Assembly (NCBI GenBank): GCA_951406725.2
Contig: OX597823.1
Location: 40,362,001-40,426,000 of the forward strand
DNA from: Octopus vulgaris
Lineage: Eukaryota
Length of the DNA: 64,000 nucleotides
Direction: 5' to 3'
Positions 1 through 12,160 of the stretch are shown here, one piece after another (position 1 is the stretch's first letter; every line of letters begins with the position of its first letter). Under the pieces are notes generated by a model that saw only the letters and a program-made list of their open reading frames with translations, ran no database searches and was not told where the DNA came from. The position numbers and the translations under genes were made by a program.

Positions 1-785
1 AATTACGTGAACTAAAAGTCGGAGGGGGATAGGATAAACTACCTGTATCAACTTGCTATAAAACAGGCAATAATTAAACCTTGTTTTTAGTCTTAGTGCA
101 GGTTTTGAAGAGTGCAGTTCGCCTTTAACAGTTATTGTTTCAAGGCTTCAATAGAAATGACAAAGGAGCATTTTCGGCGTATTTTGCTTTATGAATTCAA
201 TAAAGGCAACAACGCAACGGAATGTGCGAGGAATATTAATGCAGTATATAGGGATCGGAGAATAAGAGTCTACGGAGTCAACGGTGGTTCCAGAAATTCT
301 GAGCCGTAAACTACAACCTAGAAGACGAGCCTTGTCCTGGAGCCTCGTCTGTAGAGCTCGACGAGGACGTCCTGCAAAACCTGGTGGAACAAAATCCCAT
401 CGTAACTGTTGAGGAACTAGTAGGGAAGCTTGTATTTAGTCATTCAACCATTCATCGACACCAGCCCTAGAAGAAAAAAGACCATCTTCGGTTTCAGGAT
501 AATGCTCGGCTACATACAAAAATGATGACATTCCAAAGGCCGTATTTGCCAGACATTGCTCCCATCTGATCATCATTTATTCCGCAGTCTTCAAAATCAT
601 TTGGACGGAAAAAGTATGAATTCTGTAGACGAAGTGGGGCTTTGCAAGTCTACAGGATAGATGGAAGAGTATTGTAGAAAATGAAGGAGAGTATATTTTA
701 GATTAAAAATGTACTTTGTTTATCTTAATTTTGAAAGATAGAAAAGGTATAAAAAACACCGCAGTATTTATGGGATGACCCAATA
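1..785 (+). mobile_element. Internally deleted mariner (Tc1/mariner) element, 5' end outside window
   Basis: Transposase remnants at 157-706: MTKEHFRRILLYEFNKGNNATECARNI (HTH), WFQKF..NLEDEP, QDNARLH, PYLPDIAP, RWKSIVENEGEYILD*. Right TIR ...GCAGTATTTATGGGATGACCCAATA runs into a TA run. Confidence 0.9.
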
Positions 786-867
786 TATATATATATACAT
801 ATATATATGTTTATATGTATATATATATGTATGTATATATATATATATATAAAACATACATATACAC

Positions 868-944
<77 letters not shown>

Positions 945-1200
945 TGTATGTATGTATGTATGTATTCACGCATGCACACACCTACATATACAAATGCATA
1001 CAGCGAGGGAGAGAGAGAGAGAGACAAGAATGGGAAGCTTTTGCGAGTGCTATTGATATATATGTATGAGCATATCTATATACAAATGTATGTGTATATA
1101 CATATACATGTATGTGTGTGTGTTTCTGTATATGTATACATATCTTTATGTGTATATGTAGGTATGTTTTCGGTGAGACGTGTGTGTGAATATGAATAAA
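786..1200. repeat. (TA)n/(TATG)n/(GA)n compound microsatellite
   Basis: Directly visible. Confidence 0.95.
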
Positions 1201-1489
1201 TGAATGTATATACATGTACGAATGTGTACTTGTGTTGTTGGTGGTGGATGTATGATAATGGCGGCGGCGGTTAGTGTTGTTGTGGTGGTGCTGGTGGCGG
1301 AGGTAGCGGCTGTGGCTGGTGTTGCGTCGGAGAATGTTGGGTTGGGTAAATATTGCTCTATTGTGTGTTTTAAACATATATTGATTGACTGTGCACATTG
1401 GAGACACTTCCGCCATTTCTATCCGATTTCTATTGCTTTTACATCTGGCAACACAACAGACCAGACAATAGCATCTTGTTCTCTACTTT

Positions 1490-1509
1490 TCTTCTTTTCT
1501 ATCTTCCGT

Positions 1510-1565
<56 letters not shown>

Positions 1566-1700
1566 TTCTTTTTCGTTCCTTTTCTTTTATACTTTTCTTT
1601 CTTACCTTCTCGTGTATAATTTGCTTTTCTGTTTTTTCTTTTATCTCTTTCTTTCTTTCTTCCTTTCTTTTTTTCTTTCTTTCTTGCTTTGTTTTTGTTT
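1490..1700. repeat. (TTTC)n microsatellite within a polypyrimidine tract
   Basis: Directly visible. Confidence 0.9.
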
Positions 1701-2012
1701 TTGTTTGTTTCTTTGTTTAGCCCTTACATTTCTAATCCTTGCTCTCCTTCTCCTTCTCAATGGAAATATCTCTCTCTTTCAGTCGCTGCCCCTTAATCTT
1801 ACCACATTTTTATTCCCCTTTCCGTCATATTTGTTTCTCACCTCTCTCTCTTTCTTTTCTCCTTTCTCTTTCTTCCTCTATCTCTTTCTATTATTTTCTT
1901 TCATTCTCTCCTTAATCTTTTACTCTCCACTTACGTGCTCTTTGTATTAGCCTCATTCCTTCATTCCTTCATTCCTTCATTCATCATTTCCCCTCTCTCC
2001 CTCTATTTGTAC

Positions 2013-2065
<53 letters not shown>

Positions 2066-2429
2066 TGTGTGATGTGTGTGTGTGTGTGTGTGGGTGTGGG
2101 TGTATTCTCTCTTTCCAAGTCGCTGTTTCACCGTTTTACTTGAAGGAACTTCTCTTCTTGCTTCTTTTTGTAATTTCCTCACTCTTTGTAATTTATCTGT
2201 CTTTCTTTCTCACATTCTCTCTTTCTTTTTCTCCCTTTCTCTTTCTCTCCTCTCTCTCTCTTTGTACCCACCACTCATTCCCCCCCACTCAACAATTACT
2301 GTGCCTCCCCACTCTGTTACTGTTCCTCCCCCCTCTAACTAGTCTTTCTTTACTCCTTCTTCCCATGTTCCTTTTCCAGCCTGCTTTCTTTCATTCTGCT
2401 TCCTTCTCCCATCGTCTCGATATCTTAGA

Positions 2430-2882
2430 GTAAGTCTCTCCTCGTCCTCCTTCTCGTCCTCCTCCTCCTTCTGGCCGTCCTCCTCGTCCTCCACCTCGTC
2501 CTCCACCTCCTTCTCCAACTTACCTGCATCTTCTCCTCCTCCCCTCCACGTCCTCGTTCTCCTCCTCCTCCTCTTCCTCATTCCTCTTTCCTCCTCGTCC
2601 TCCTCCTCCACCACCTTACCTGCACCTTCTCCTCCCCTCCTCGTCCTCGTTCTCTTCCTCATTCTCCTCGTCCTCCTCCTCCCCTCCTCGTTCTCCTCCT
2701 CCCCTCCTCGTTCTCCTCCTCTTCCTCATCCCCTCCTCGTCCTCGTTCTCCTCCTCTCCTCGTCGTCCTCCTCCTCCCCTCCTCCTCCTCCTTACCTCCA
2801 CCTTCTCCTCCTCCTCCCCGCCTCGTCGTTGTCCTCATTCTCCTCTCCTCATCGTCCTCCTCCTCCTCCTCCTCCTCCTCTC
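2430..2882. repeat. Degenerate (TCC)n tract with ~100-bp higher-order repeat
   Basis: CTTACCTGCA.CTTCTCCTCC recurs at ~2520 and ~2615. Confidence 0.85.
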
Positions 2883-2970
2883 AGCTGATGCTTCGTTCGT
2901 TTCATTGTCGTCAAGTGTTTCGCGCAGCTCAACAAGCACGTGTTTGTGGTTGGCATTTTTTCTCTCTTTT

Positions 2971-3001
<31 letters not shown>

Positions 3002-3049
3002 TTTGACTGTTGTTGTGGCGAACTAGAAACACAAAAGCTAAATGAATAA

Positions 3050-3293
3050 TACGAACAACAACAACAACTACAATTCTCAACAACAACTACAACGATAGCA
3101 AGAACAACAATTACTACAACAATAACTACAACAGTAGCAACAACAGCAGCAACAGCAACAGCAACAACAATTACAATATCAACAACTATAATTGCAGCAT
3201 CAATCTCAGCAGTAATTACAGTAGTAATAGCAACAGCAGCAACAACAATAGTTACAGCGACACTACTGGAAGAAGCAGCAGCAGCAACACCAC

Positions 3294-3336
<43 letters not shown>

Positions 3337-4339
3337 GGTGGTGGTGGTGGTGGGAGTACTAGTAGTAGTGGTGGTGGTGGTAGTAGTATTAGCAGTAGTA
3401 TTAGTAGTGGTGGTGGTAGTAGTATTAGTAGTAGTAGTAGTAGTAACAGCAGCAGCAGTAGTAGTAACAATAACAACTAGCAATAAGTACCAGCAGCTTT
3501 TCGAATAAAAGCCACAATTACAACTTATAATAACAAAAAGTAAACACCACAAAGCAAAAGAAAACAAAAAGGAATTATAAACAAATATACACGCATATAC
3601 ACATTCATAACATACACACACACAAACATACATACATACATACAGACAGACAGACAGGCATACATACATACACACACATACATACATACATACACACATA
3701 CATGCATACATACATACATACATACACATACATAAATACTTACATACACACATACATACAGACAGACATACATACACACACATACATACATACTTACATA
3801 CACACATACATACATACTTACATACACACATACATACATACATACATACATGCATACATACATACATACACACATACATACATACATACACACGTACATA
3901 CATACTTACATGCATACGTACATACATACATACATACATACATACATACATACATACATACATACATACATACATACACATACATACATGCATACATACA
4001 TACACATACATACATACATACATACATACATACATACATACATACATGCATACATGCATACATACACTCACGCAGAATCACTAGAGAAACAAGAACAAGC
4101 ATCAAGAAAATGTAATAGATGTGATTGACGACAACAATGATAATGATAGTGATGCTGATGAGAGTGGTGGTGGTGGTGGTGATGATGGTGGTGGTGGTGG
4201 TGGTGGTGGTAGTGGTTGTGATGATGACGTGATGATGATAATGATGATAGATAACGATGATGGTGGTGGTGATGATGATGATGTTGCTGATGACGATGAG
4301 GATGGATATGACGGTGGTGGTGGTTGTGGTGTATGGTGG

Positions 4340-4379
<40 letters not shown>

Positions 4380-4765
4380 GATGTTGGCGATGATGATGAT
4401 GATGATGATGGTGATGATGGCGATAATGATGATGATGATGATAATGATGATGATAATGATGGTGATGATGAGGATGATGCTGATGAGGATGGTGGTGGTG
4501 GTGCAGGTGTTCCTGCTGCTGGTGCTGATGAGGATGATGACGATGACGGTAATGATCATGGTGAAGAGGGCGATGATGATGATGGTGAGGATGATGATGA
4601 TGATGGTAATGGTGGTGGTTCGGCTACTGCTGAAGATGATACTGGTTATGATGATGATATCTAGGTTGTTAGTAATAATGATGATGGTGATGGGCTTGAT
4701 GATGATGGCGGTAGTGATGACAACGAAGTTGATGGTGTTGGTGGTGATGTCGGCCGTGGTGGTGG
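3050..4765. repeat. Microsatellite block: (CAA/GCA/GTA/GGT)n, (CATA)n at 3590-4070, (GAT/GGT)n at 4125-4765
   Basis: Directly visible; explains the low-complexity ORFs in the track. Confidence 0.95.
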
Positions 4766-6342
4766 CGCGGTTGATGTTTATGGCGAGGACGTTACAGTTT
4801 GCTGTAAGAATGCCGAATTGAAATCAATGGAATGTAATATTTCATTGAGTTTTCAAGTTTAAAATAGCTCAATACTGACAGACGGGTTGGTTGACTGGTT
4901 GTTTGTATATAAAGCCTGCATTGAAGGAATTTCTTGGTGGTATTATGAAAGACGGGCGGTCGTCTGACGCTGATTTGTAACAGTTATTTTAGCAATAACA
5001 ATAAAAGAAACCCACCACAATGCTACAGCTTTAAATAATGAGTTCTTGGCTGGTTATAAACCCTTAAAATTATGGGGGTTAAATAGTGACATTTATGTCT
5101 TTTATAAAACAAGAATTAGCAAAGCAAGCTAATTCAAAATGAGAGGAGAAACTGACTTGCAAATTTATTATTCTAACAATCAACTTCTCTTTTATATCCG
5201 TGGTTTACTTTTTATGCTTTCCTGTAAATATATGTGTATTTTAGAGAACAAAGCTAAGCGTGGACCAATGTTTAAAGTATTTCGCTTTTTATCATTAGTT
5301 TATAGGTTTCGTCTTAATGCACGATATCTTGGATATTTCGTCTTGTAATTTTGATCTACTTCTTGTTAAGTGAAACCGGAAGTGAAGGAAATGTATGGAA
5401 GCACATCAGAGAGAGTGGACCTATAATTTGAATAGCCAGATTGTGTCACAGTGATTCTTCTGATCCGATTTTAATAATTTTACAGTATTTTGTTGGTCAC
5501 ACACAAAAACCTGATCGTTTGTTCCACAAGAAATAAAAGTGCAGTAAAGAGTCTGCCACACGTCTGTCACATGTCATGAGAAAAAAAGTCACGTACATGT
5601 CAAATGTACACTTATTGGTCGATAGGAAAATGAGTTTGGTCCGAGTTTGTAATTCTTTTAACTTAACGTAACACATACACATGTACACATACGTCGACAC
5701 ACACACAAGTACAAAGAGACAAAACTTTAACACCTGTTAGAGCATTTGCGTCTTAGGGCTCTACCCGTTGGGAGGTCGAGGGTTGCGTTTTGTCAAAGTA
5801 CATCAGTGGAAGAATCTCGAAGAGAAGAAGAGAGAGGGAGTGAGTGGTAGAAATAGGGAAAAAGAAACTGAATGTGAATACTCTCCGTCTCTCTAACTCT
5901 TACGTTACGAACATCTTTCAGTCTGACTGTTTGTCTGTCTGTCTGTGCATTGGTATTTGCTGCGTTAATTTTCCAGGGTAGGCTTGGCAGTTTCTGTAGT
6001 ATGGCTTATACTTATTGATGCATTTTTGCATATTACGGAGATGTACTTGCATAGCAAGTGACCTGATCTGAGATCGTCTGCTGAAACAAAAACAATTGCA
6101 GCGTGAAAGGTGCTTATAAGCCATTTAAGAAACACACAAAAACCGCTAGATTCACTTCAACATTTAAATTTAATTTGGCAAAATATTCTCGTAGGACAGT
6201 TTTATGATGATCTAGCACGATTATTGAGAAAAGTACGAATTTCGGACAAGCTGGTCATATTGGGAAATTTCAATGCAAGAGTTAGTTGAAAGAACTGTGT
6301 TTCGTGGCCTATTTTAGGTCATACACACACATACTACATATA

Positions 6343-6728
6343 TCTATATATATAAAACTCAACTTGTGTGTCTGTGTGTATATCTGTGTGTGTGTGTCTG
6401 TGTGTTTAACTTCCCGGCACATCTCCTCCTAGCCAACAAATGGGTCACTTAAAGTTTAGGCGAATGAAAATTGAACTGCGCTATTTCTGTTCCGAAATTC
6501 ATCTCGCAAGTGCAAAAATCGATAATGTGTTTGTTTAGGCCTTATCCCATGCATTGAATAGTGAACTTTACTCAGTCAGCGGTTTGTGTTCACCACGCGT
6601 GCAAGCGTGCGCAAATTGCATGAAAAATAAAAAAAAATCAAGATATAAAAACGAATCGCCGTAAACATTGTTGAAATTCGGCAAAGAAATGAATTTTCGG
6701 GATGTAGCCTGGAGGTTTTTTTTCGTAT

Positions 6729-6766
<38 letters not shown>

Positions 6767-6779
6767 TCATATATATATG

Positions 6780-6866
<87 letters not shown>

Positions 6867-6898
6867 TATACACATATATACATACATATATATATATT

Positions 6899-6980
<82 letters not shown>

Positions 6981-7241
6981 CATGATAGAAGAAGGCTAAC
7001 CCTTCGGTAGAAGAAAAAATTCAAATCGGACCATGTTAACACCAAAAATTATTTACATCAAAAAGGTGCCTTTTTTCTATGAATATCTCTATTTTTTACG
7101 ATGTTTTGACTGCTGTGTCGCCATTTTTCGGTGTATTTCACTTAAAGAGAATAACAAGCTACATACTGCCAAATTTTTTACTTATCAAAAATTCCAATTC
7201 TAAAGGGTCTAAACAAATCGCAACGCCGGGCGATACTGCTA

Positions 7242-7242
<1 letters not shown>
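6343..7242 (+). mobile_element. Non-autonomous Helitron-like element with internal (TA)n
   Basis: Starts A|TCTATATATATAAAA at 6343 and ends ATCGCAACGCCGGGCGATACTGCTAG|T (short GC-rich hairpin then CTAG at 7239-7242). Inserted between A and T with no TSD. Confidence 0.75.
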
Positions 7243-7275
<33 letters not shown>

Positions 7276-7277
<2 letters not shown>

Positions 7278-7433
7278 GACAGGATTCTTTCAGTTTCCAT
7301 CTACCAAATCCACTACTCACAAGGCTTTGATCGACCTGAGGCTATAGTAGAAGACACTTGCCACGCAGTGGGACTGAACCTGTAACCATGTGGTTCGTAA
7401 GCAAGCCACATACCACACAGCAACTCCTACGCC
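7276..7433 (-). mobile_element. tRNA-derived SINE family A, 5' half
   Basis: Minus strand GGCGTAGGAGTTGCTGTGTGGTA...GGTTCAGTCCCACTGCGTGG; matches the 9214-9660 copy. Confidence 0.85.
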
Positions 7434-7445
7434 TATGTAAACATA

Positions 7446-7655
7446 TACTCTTTACTCTTTTACTCTTTTACTTGTTTCAGTCATTTGACTGCGGCCATGC
7501 TGGAGCACCGCCTTTAATCGAGCAACTCGACCCCAGGACTTATTCTTTTGTAAGCCCAGTACTTATTCTATCGGTCTTTTTTGCCGAACCGCTAAGTAAC
7601 GGGGACATAAACACACCAGCATCGGTTGTCAAGCAATGCTAGGGGGACAAACACA

Positions 7656-7703
<48 letters not shown>

Positions 7704-7760
7704 CATATATACGACGGGCTTCTTTCAGTTTCCGTCTACCAAATCCACTCACAAGGCTTT
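7446..7760 (-). mobile_element. SINE family A, 3' part
   Basis: GCGGTGCTCCAGCATGGCCGCAGTCAAATGACTGAAACAAG plus repeated AAAGAGT-type tail; same as the 9214-9660 copy. Confidence 0.85.
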
Positions 7761-8930
7761 TTTTGTATTAAATTTATTTAACATATTTTGTATATCGACT
7801 TGTCGAAGTTGCTTATCCTTACATATTTACTCCTATGTGTGTGTGTGTGTGTGTGTGGGTGTGTGTGTGCATGTGTGTGTGTGAACGCGCGTGCGCGTGT
7901 AAATATATACGCAAGTAAACACATATGTAAGGAACAAGGTGTAAAAAATAGTATTCGAATATCAAAGGTATGTTATTAAAACAAAACTGCACAAATCTGT
8001 TACTCAGAGTTTTATGTGTGTGCAAAACAGTAAGATGTGTGTATGTATGTAGGTATGTATGTGTGTATATGTTTGTGTGTGTTTTGTGTGTGTGTTCTTA
8101 TGCGATTTGATTTTCGATGGTAGTTCTGTCAGTTTACCATTATTATACTTATTGATATATTATATATTTATATACAAACATATGTATATAATTTTCTATC
8201 TGTCTGTATATATATACATTTACATATACATACATACGTATGTGTAGGATTATATATATATACATTATATATGTATGTATGTGTGTTTTTACACGTAAGT
8301 ATATATATAGAGAGAGAGAAAGAGAGAAAGGAAGAGATTTGTGTATACACACATACACACACTCACAGTCACTCGTGCGTGCACGCACATACGCACGCAT
8401 TCACACACACACACACACACAAACACACATAAACACACAAAATCTCAGCATATTTTCTTTGATGTTTCACGGCAGAAACAGAAGGTGGATTAGGTTAGTT
8501 TATATTTCGTTTGAAACGTCGGAGACTTTCGTGATTTGTATGAATACATTAATAGGTTGTGGGCTCCAGAGGTCTACCAGGCTAGACAGGAACAATTAGC
8601 CATAGTAACGCTGCGTTAGTTTGTGTATAAAGATAGACATACTCAGGAGTACTGCCAGACAAGTAATGGTAACTGAAACGTGTACGAATATATTCTCAAC
8701 AGTTCCGTCAGCGGAGAAAAATAGCTATTGTTGCTGTGGTAGATGGTCACTTCATGAAGAAGTAGTTTAGTTTTGCTCAAAAGTGAGGCTTCTTATTGCT
8801 CATGTTGTTGACGTTGTTGCTGTTGTTGTGTAAGCTAAGTTCAAATCTATAACTGGAGGATCTATGTGATAGGTATTCGAGGGGATCTGTGATGAACCGT
8901 AACTCTCCTCTGTTTTCTTTAAATAGTGGT

Positions 8931-9200
8931 GAAGGTGCGTGGCTTAGTGGTTAGGATATTTGGCTCAAGGTCGTGAGTTCGATTCCTGGCCATGCGCTAT
9001 GTCCTCGAGCAAGACATTTTATTGCAGCACGTTGCTCCAGTTCACTCAGTTGGGAAAATGAACTGTAATATAATAAGTAAAAGGACCAGCTTTGTCACAT
9101 TCTTCGCCACGGTGAAAATCACTCGGAACTACGCTAAAGGTACGCGTGTCTGTGGAGTACTCAGCCACTTGCAGATTAATTTCATGATCCGGCTGTTCCT
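8931..9200 (+). mobile_element. tRNA-derived SINE family C
   Basis: A box TGGCTTAGTGG, B box GAGTTCGATTCC, then GAGCAAGACA...GCTCCAGTTCACTCAG shared with the 30681-30922 copy. Confidence 0.75.
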
Positions 9201-9213
9201 GGGGACTAGATCA

Positions 9214-9444
9214 TACTCTTTTTACTCTCTCTTTTTACTCTTTTTACTTGTTTCAGTCATTTGACTGTGGCCATGCTGGAGCACCGCATTTAGTCGAGCA
9301 AATCGACCCCAGGACTTATTCTTTGTAAGCCTAGTACTTAATCTATCGGTCTCTTTTTTCTGAACCGCTAAGTTACGGGGACGCAAACACACCACCATCG
9401 GTTGTCAAGCGATGTTGGGGGGACAAACACACACACACAAACAC

Positions 9445-9495
<51 letters not shown>

Positions 9496-9660
9496 TACGA
9501 CGAGCTTCATTCAGTTTCCGTCTACTAAATCTACTCACAAGGCTTTGGTCGGCCAGAGGCTATAGTAGAAGACACTTGCCCGAGGTGCCACGCAGTGGGA
9601 CTGAACCCGGAACCATGTGGTTGGTAAGCAAGCTACTTACTACACAGCCACTCCTGCGCC
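9214..9660 (-). mobile_element. Full-length SINE family A with internal (TA)n/(TG)n
   Basis: Head GGCGCAGGAGTGGCTGTGTAGTAAG...GGTTCAGTCCC (Pol III A/B boxes). Further copies at ~13850-14050, 15565-15690, 17195-17400, 17823-17997, 21482-21640, 35552-35830, 49865-49925, 52515-52882 and 61265-61697. Confidence 0.9.
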
Positions 9661-10067
9661 TACTCATGTGGACGTTCTTTGTGAAGTTATTAAAAAAAAA
9701 ATATATATTTAAAATAATTAATGAAAATACTTAACAAAATGGATGAAGGACAATAAAAATTCACTCATATAGATATAGTTGGAATATTTAATATGAAATA
9801 TGTGTTGGGTGAATAGTAATTAATATTGCACCGGTATTGGGATGGAAATTAATGAGTTTTAGTCTTGAATTACCGCAACTCATCCAGATTCAGCTTCCCA
9901 ATTAATTAAACATCTTTAATGTTCAAATTCCTGTCAGGTATTTATCAACACACTGGATAACCAGCCACAGAGAATCTGAAAAAGTCAGCACTGACCACTT
10001 TACCGACTCTTGGCCTAGCATGTTATTTTAAGGGAGATTTCGCCGCTGTTTATGGATCATCAGAAAC

Positions 10068-10368
10068 ACCACCACCACCACCACCACCACCACCACCGCC
10101 ATCCTTCTCCTCCTCCTCCTCCTCCTCATCATCATCATCATCATCATCCTCGTCATCATCGTCATCATCATCATAAGCAGCAGCAGACGCAGCACGACCA
10201 CGACGACGACCACCACGACGACGACGACCACCACCACCGCCATCCTTCTCCTCCTCCTCCTCCTCATCATCATCATCATCATCATCTTCGTCATCATCAT
10301 CATAAGCAGCAGCAGACGCAGCACGACGACGACGACCACCACCACTACCACCAGCCTCCTCCTCTTCT
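10068..10368. repeat. Tandem duplication of a ~140-bp compound trinucleotide unit
   Basis: (CAC)n-CGCCATCCTT-(CTC)n-(CAT)n-AAGCAGCAGCAGACGCAGCACGAC occurs twice. Confidence 0.85.
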
Positions 10369-11647
10369 ATAAAGATTCCTCGGCGAAGAGAATATTTTGT
10401 TTTATGTTTTAGAAGGTTGTTGTATTTGAGTTCTGAAGAAAGTAAAGAAACGGAGTGGACACAATTTCAAATCCCACCTGAACTGATTTACCATTTCGTC
10501 ACCTCCGGGAAATCAATAAACGAAGTTATTAGTAAAAGAAGGATCAAGTTAATTATTTGTAAATACTTCTCATTTTACAAAAAAGCGATATTAGCCTGCT
10601 TACAACTAAATGATCGATATTCGATGTCATTATGATATCTGAACCTCTGCTTATTGAAGAGCGTGGGAATAAAACAGCTATTTTTGGTGGACGAAGTATT
10701 TTCCAAACATAATCTTTTGCAGACGTCTAAATTGAAGAAAGAATTGATAGGAAGAATGATAGAGCAAAAAACATGAAACTTCGTGCTAACTTTTGTAAAC
10801 AGAGAGGTGATGAAGGCAGTGGTGACGGATAAGAAAAATAAATAGAAATATATGTTGAAAGAGAAGTGTGCGGGAAAATGCTGGAGATGTCTGTTGATAG
10901 AGAAAGGCAGGAGTTGGAAAACTGTGTAATATGGACTGTTGCTAGGTACATCGTAAAATGATAAAATAATATTTCCAATAAAATATGAGGCTAAATTCTA
11001 AATATTGTTTTAATATAATACGAAATATAACTGTACACGTGTTGGCTAAAGTAAGTAAAACTTTATTACATTCAAGATGGAATGAGGATAGGGGTGTTAT
11101 GTCAGATACGTCCAAAAATAAAATGAAAAAATTTTCCCCCAAAATATTATGTCTGCCATTGAGCGCGTGATTTAAAGTATCGAGCTGATACGATCTTTAA
11201 ATCTTTGGAAAACCTACTTGGCGCTTTTTGTCCCTCTTCTTTACGTTTTGAGTTCAAATGCACCTCATGTCGACTTTATCTTTGATCATTTCGTGGTCGA
11301 TGGAAAAGAGTAACAATGAAGTAGATTAATGATATAGACTAACTCCTTCCCGTCAAAACTGCTGTCCTTTCTGCTTTAATTAGAAACCATTGATGATGTA
11401 GTTGAATATATTAACTACATAACGGATAAGTACGTAATCATTTACTGATGTATATTTATAGATAAAAATGTCCTATTTTTCAGTGTATTGCTTTTTTTGC
11501 CAATGGCGTACAACATTATTGTTAATACGTTCCGGTAAATTCAATTGTGAATATGCTAATCACAGTTGTATTTTGTGCATGGAGAACAACTTACCATTTC
11601 AAGAACAATGTATGTTCAAAATACACTCGATTCATTAGAGTAAAGGA

Positions 11648-11694
11648 CTTTGAGACACCGGTGTTTCGACGTGGTTGTGTCTCTTCAGTCAAAG
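11648..11694 (-). ncRNA. Type I hammerhead ribozyme motif, core intact
   Basis: Minus strand: CTTTGA-CTGAAGA-GAC-acaaccac-GTC-GAAA-CACCGGTG-TC-TCAAAG. Stem I is 6 bp, stem II is 3 bp, stem III is palindromic, and the cleavage triplet is GUC. Confidence 0.85.
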
Positions 11695-11891
11695 CTCACA
11701 TCGGCTCGAAGAAACTAAACAATAAATATAGCTCTTGTTTATTGAACTCAGAAAACAAATTAGTTGCTGAAGCGTGTTGATACGTGCCAAAGCAATAACA
11801 AATTGTCAAGCAATCAATCTGCTTGAACGTATTAAGAATAAATATATTCTCCATTGTTTGAGTTTCGCTGGTCTCCGTACACGTGATAATT

Positions 11892-11956
<65 letters not shown>

Positions 11957-12083
11957 GGTTGAGTTTTATTTACGATCGTATGCATGGATTAAAATTTTAT
12001 AAAACTTTTAACATCTCTTCTTTAATTTTGTATTGTTTGTTGAGTTTATATAGGAAACATGTTTTAAAAATGCTCATAACACA

Positions 12084-12160
<77 letters not shown>

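Noticed and set aside
2515-2800. Repeated minus-strand splice-donor-like CAGGTAAG/GAGGTAAG in the (GGA)n tract
   Set aside because: They are part of the repeat unit; no acceptor or credible coding exon accompanies them.
725-4821. Many long ORFs (YIYI, MYVC, poly-D, poly-M, poly-T)
   Set aside because: Stop-free frames of microsatellites, not genes. The same applies to similar ORFs across the window.
8645-8690. GTAC...GAAACGTGTAC hammerhead-like stretch
   Set aside because: No CTGANGA core and a weak stem II.
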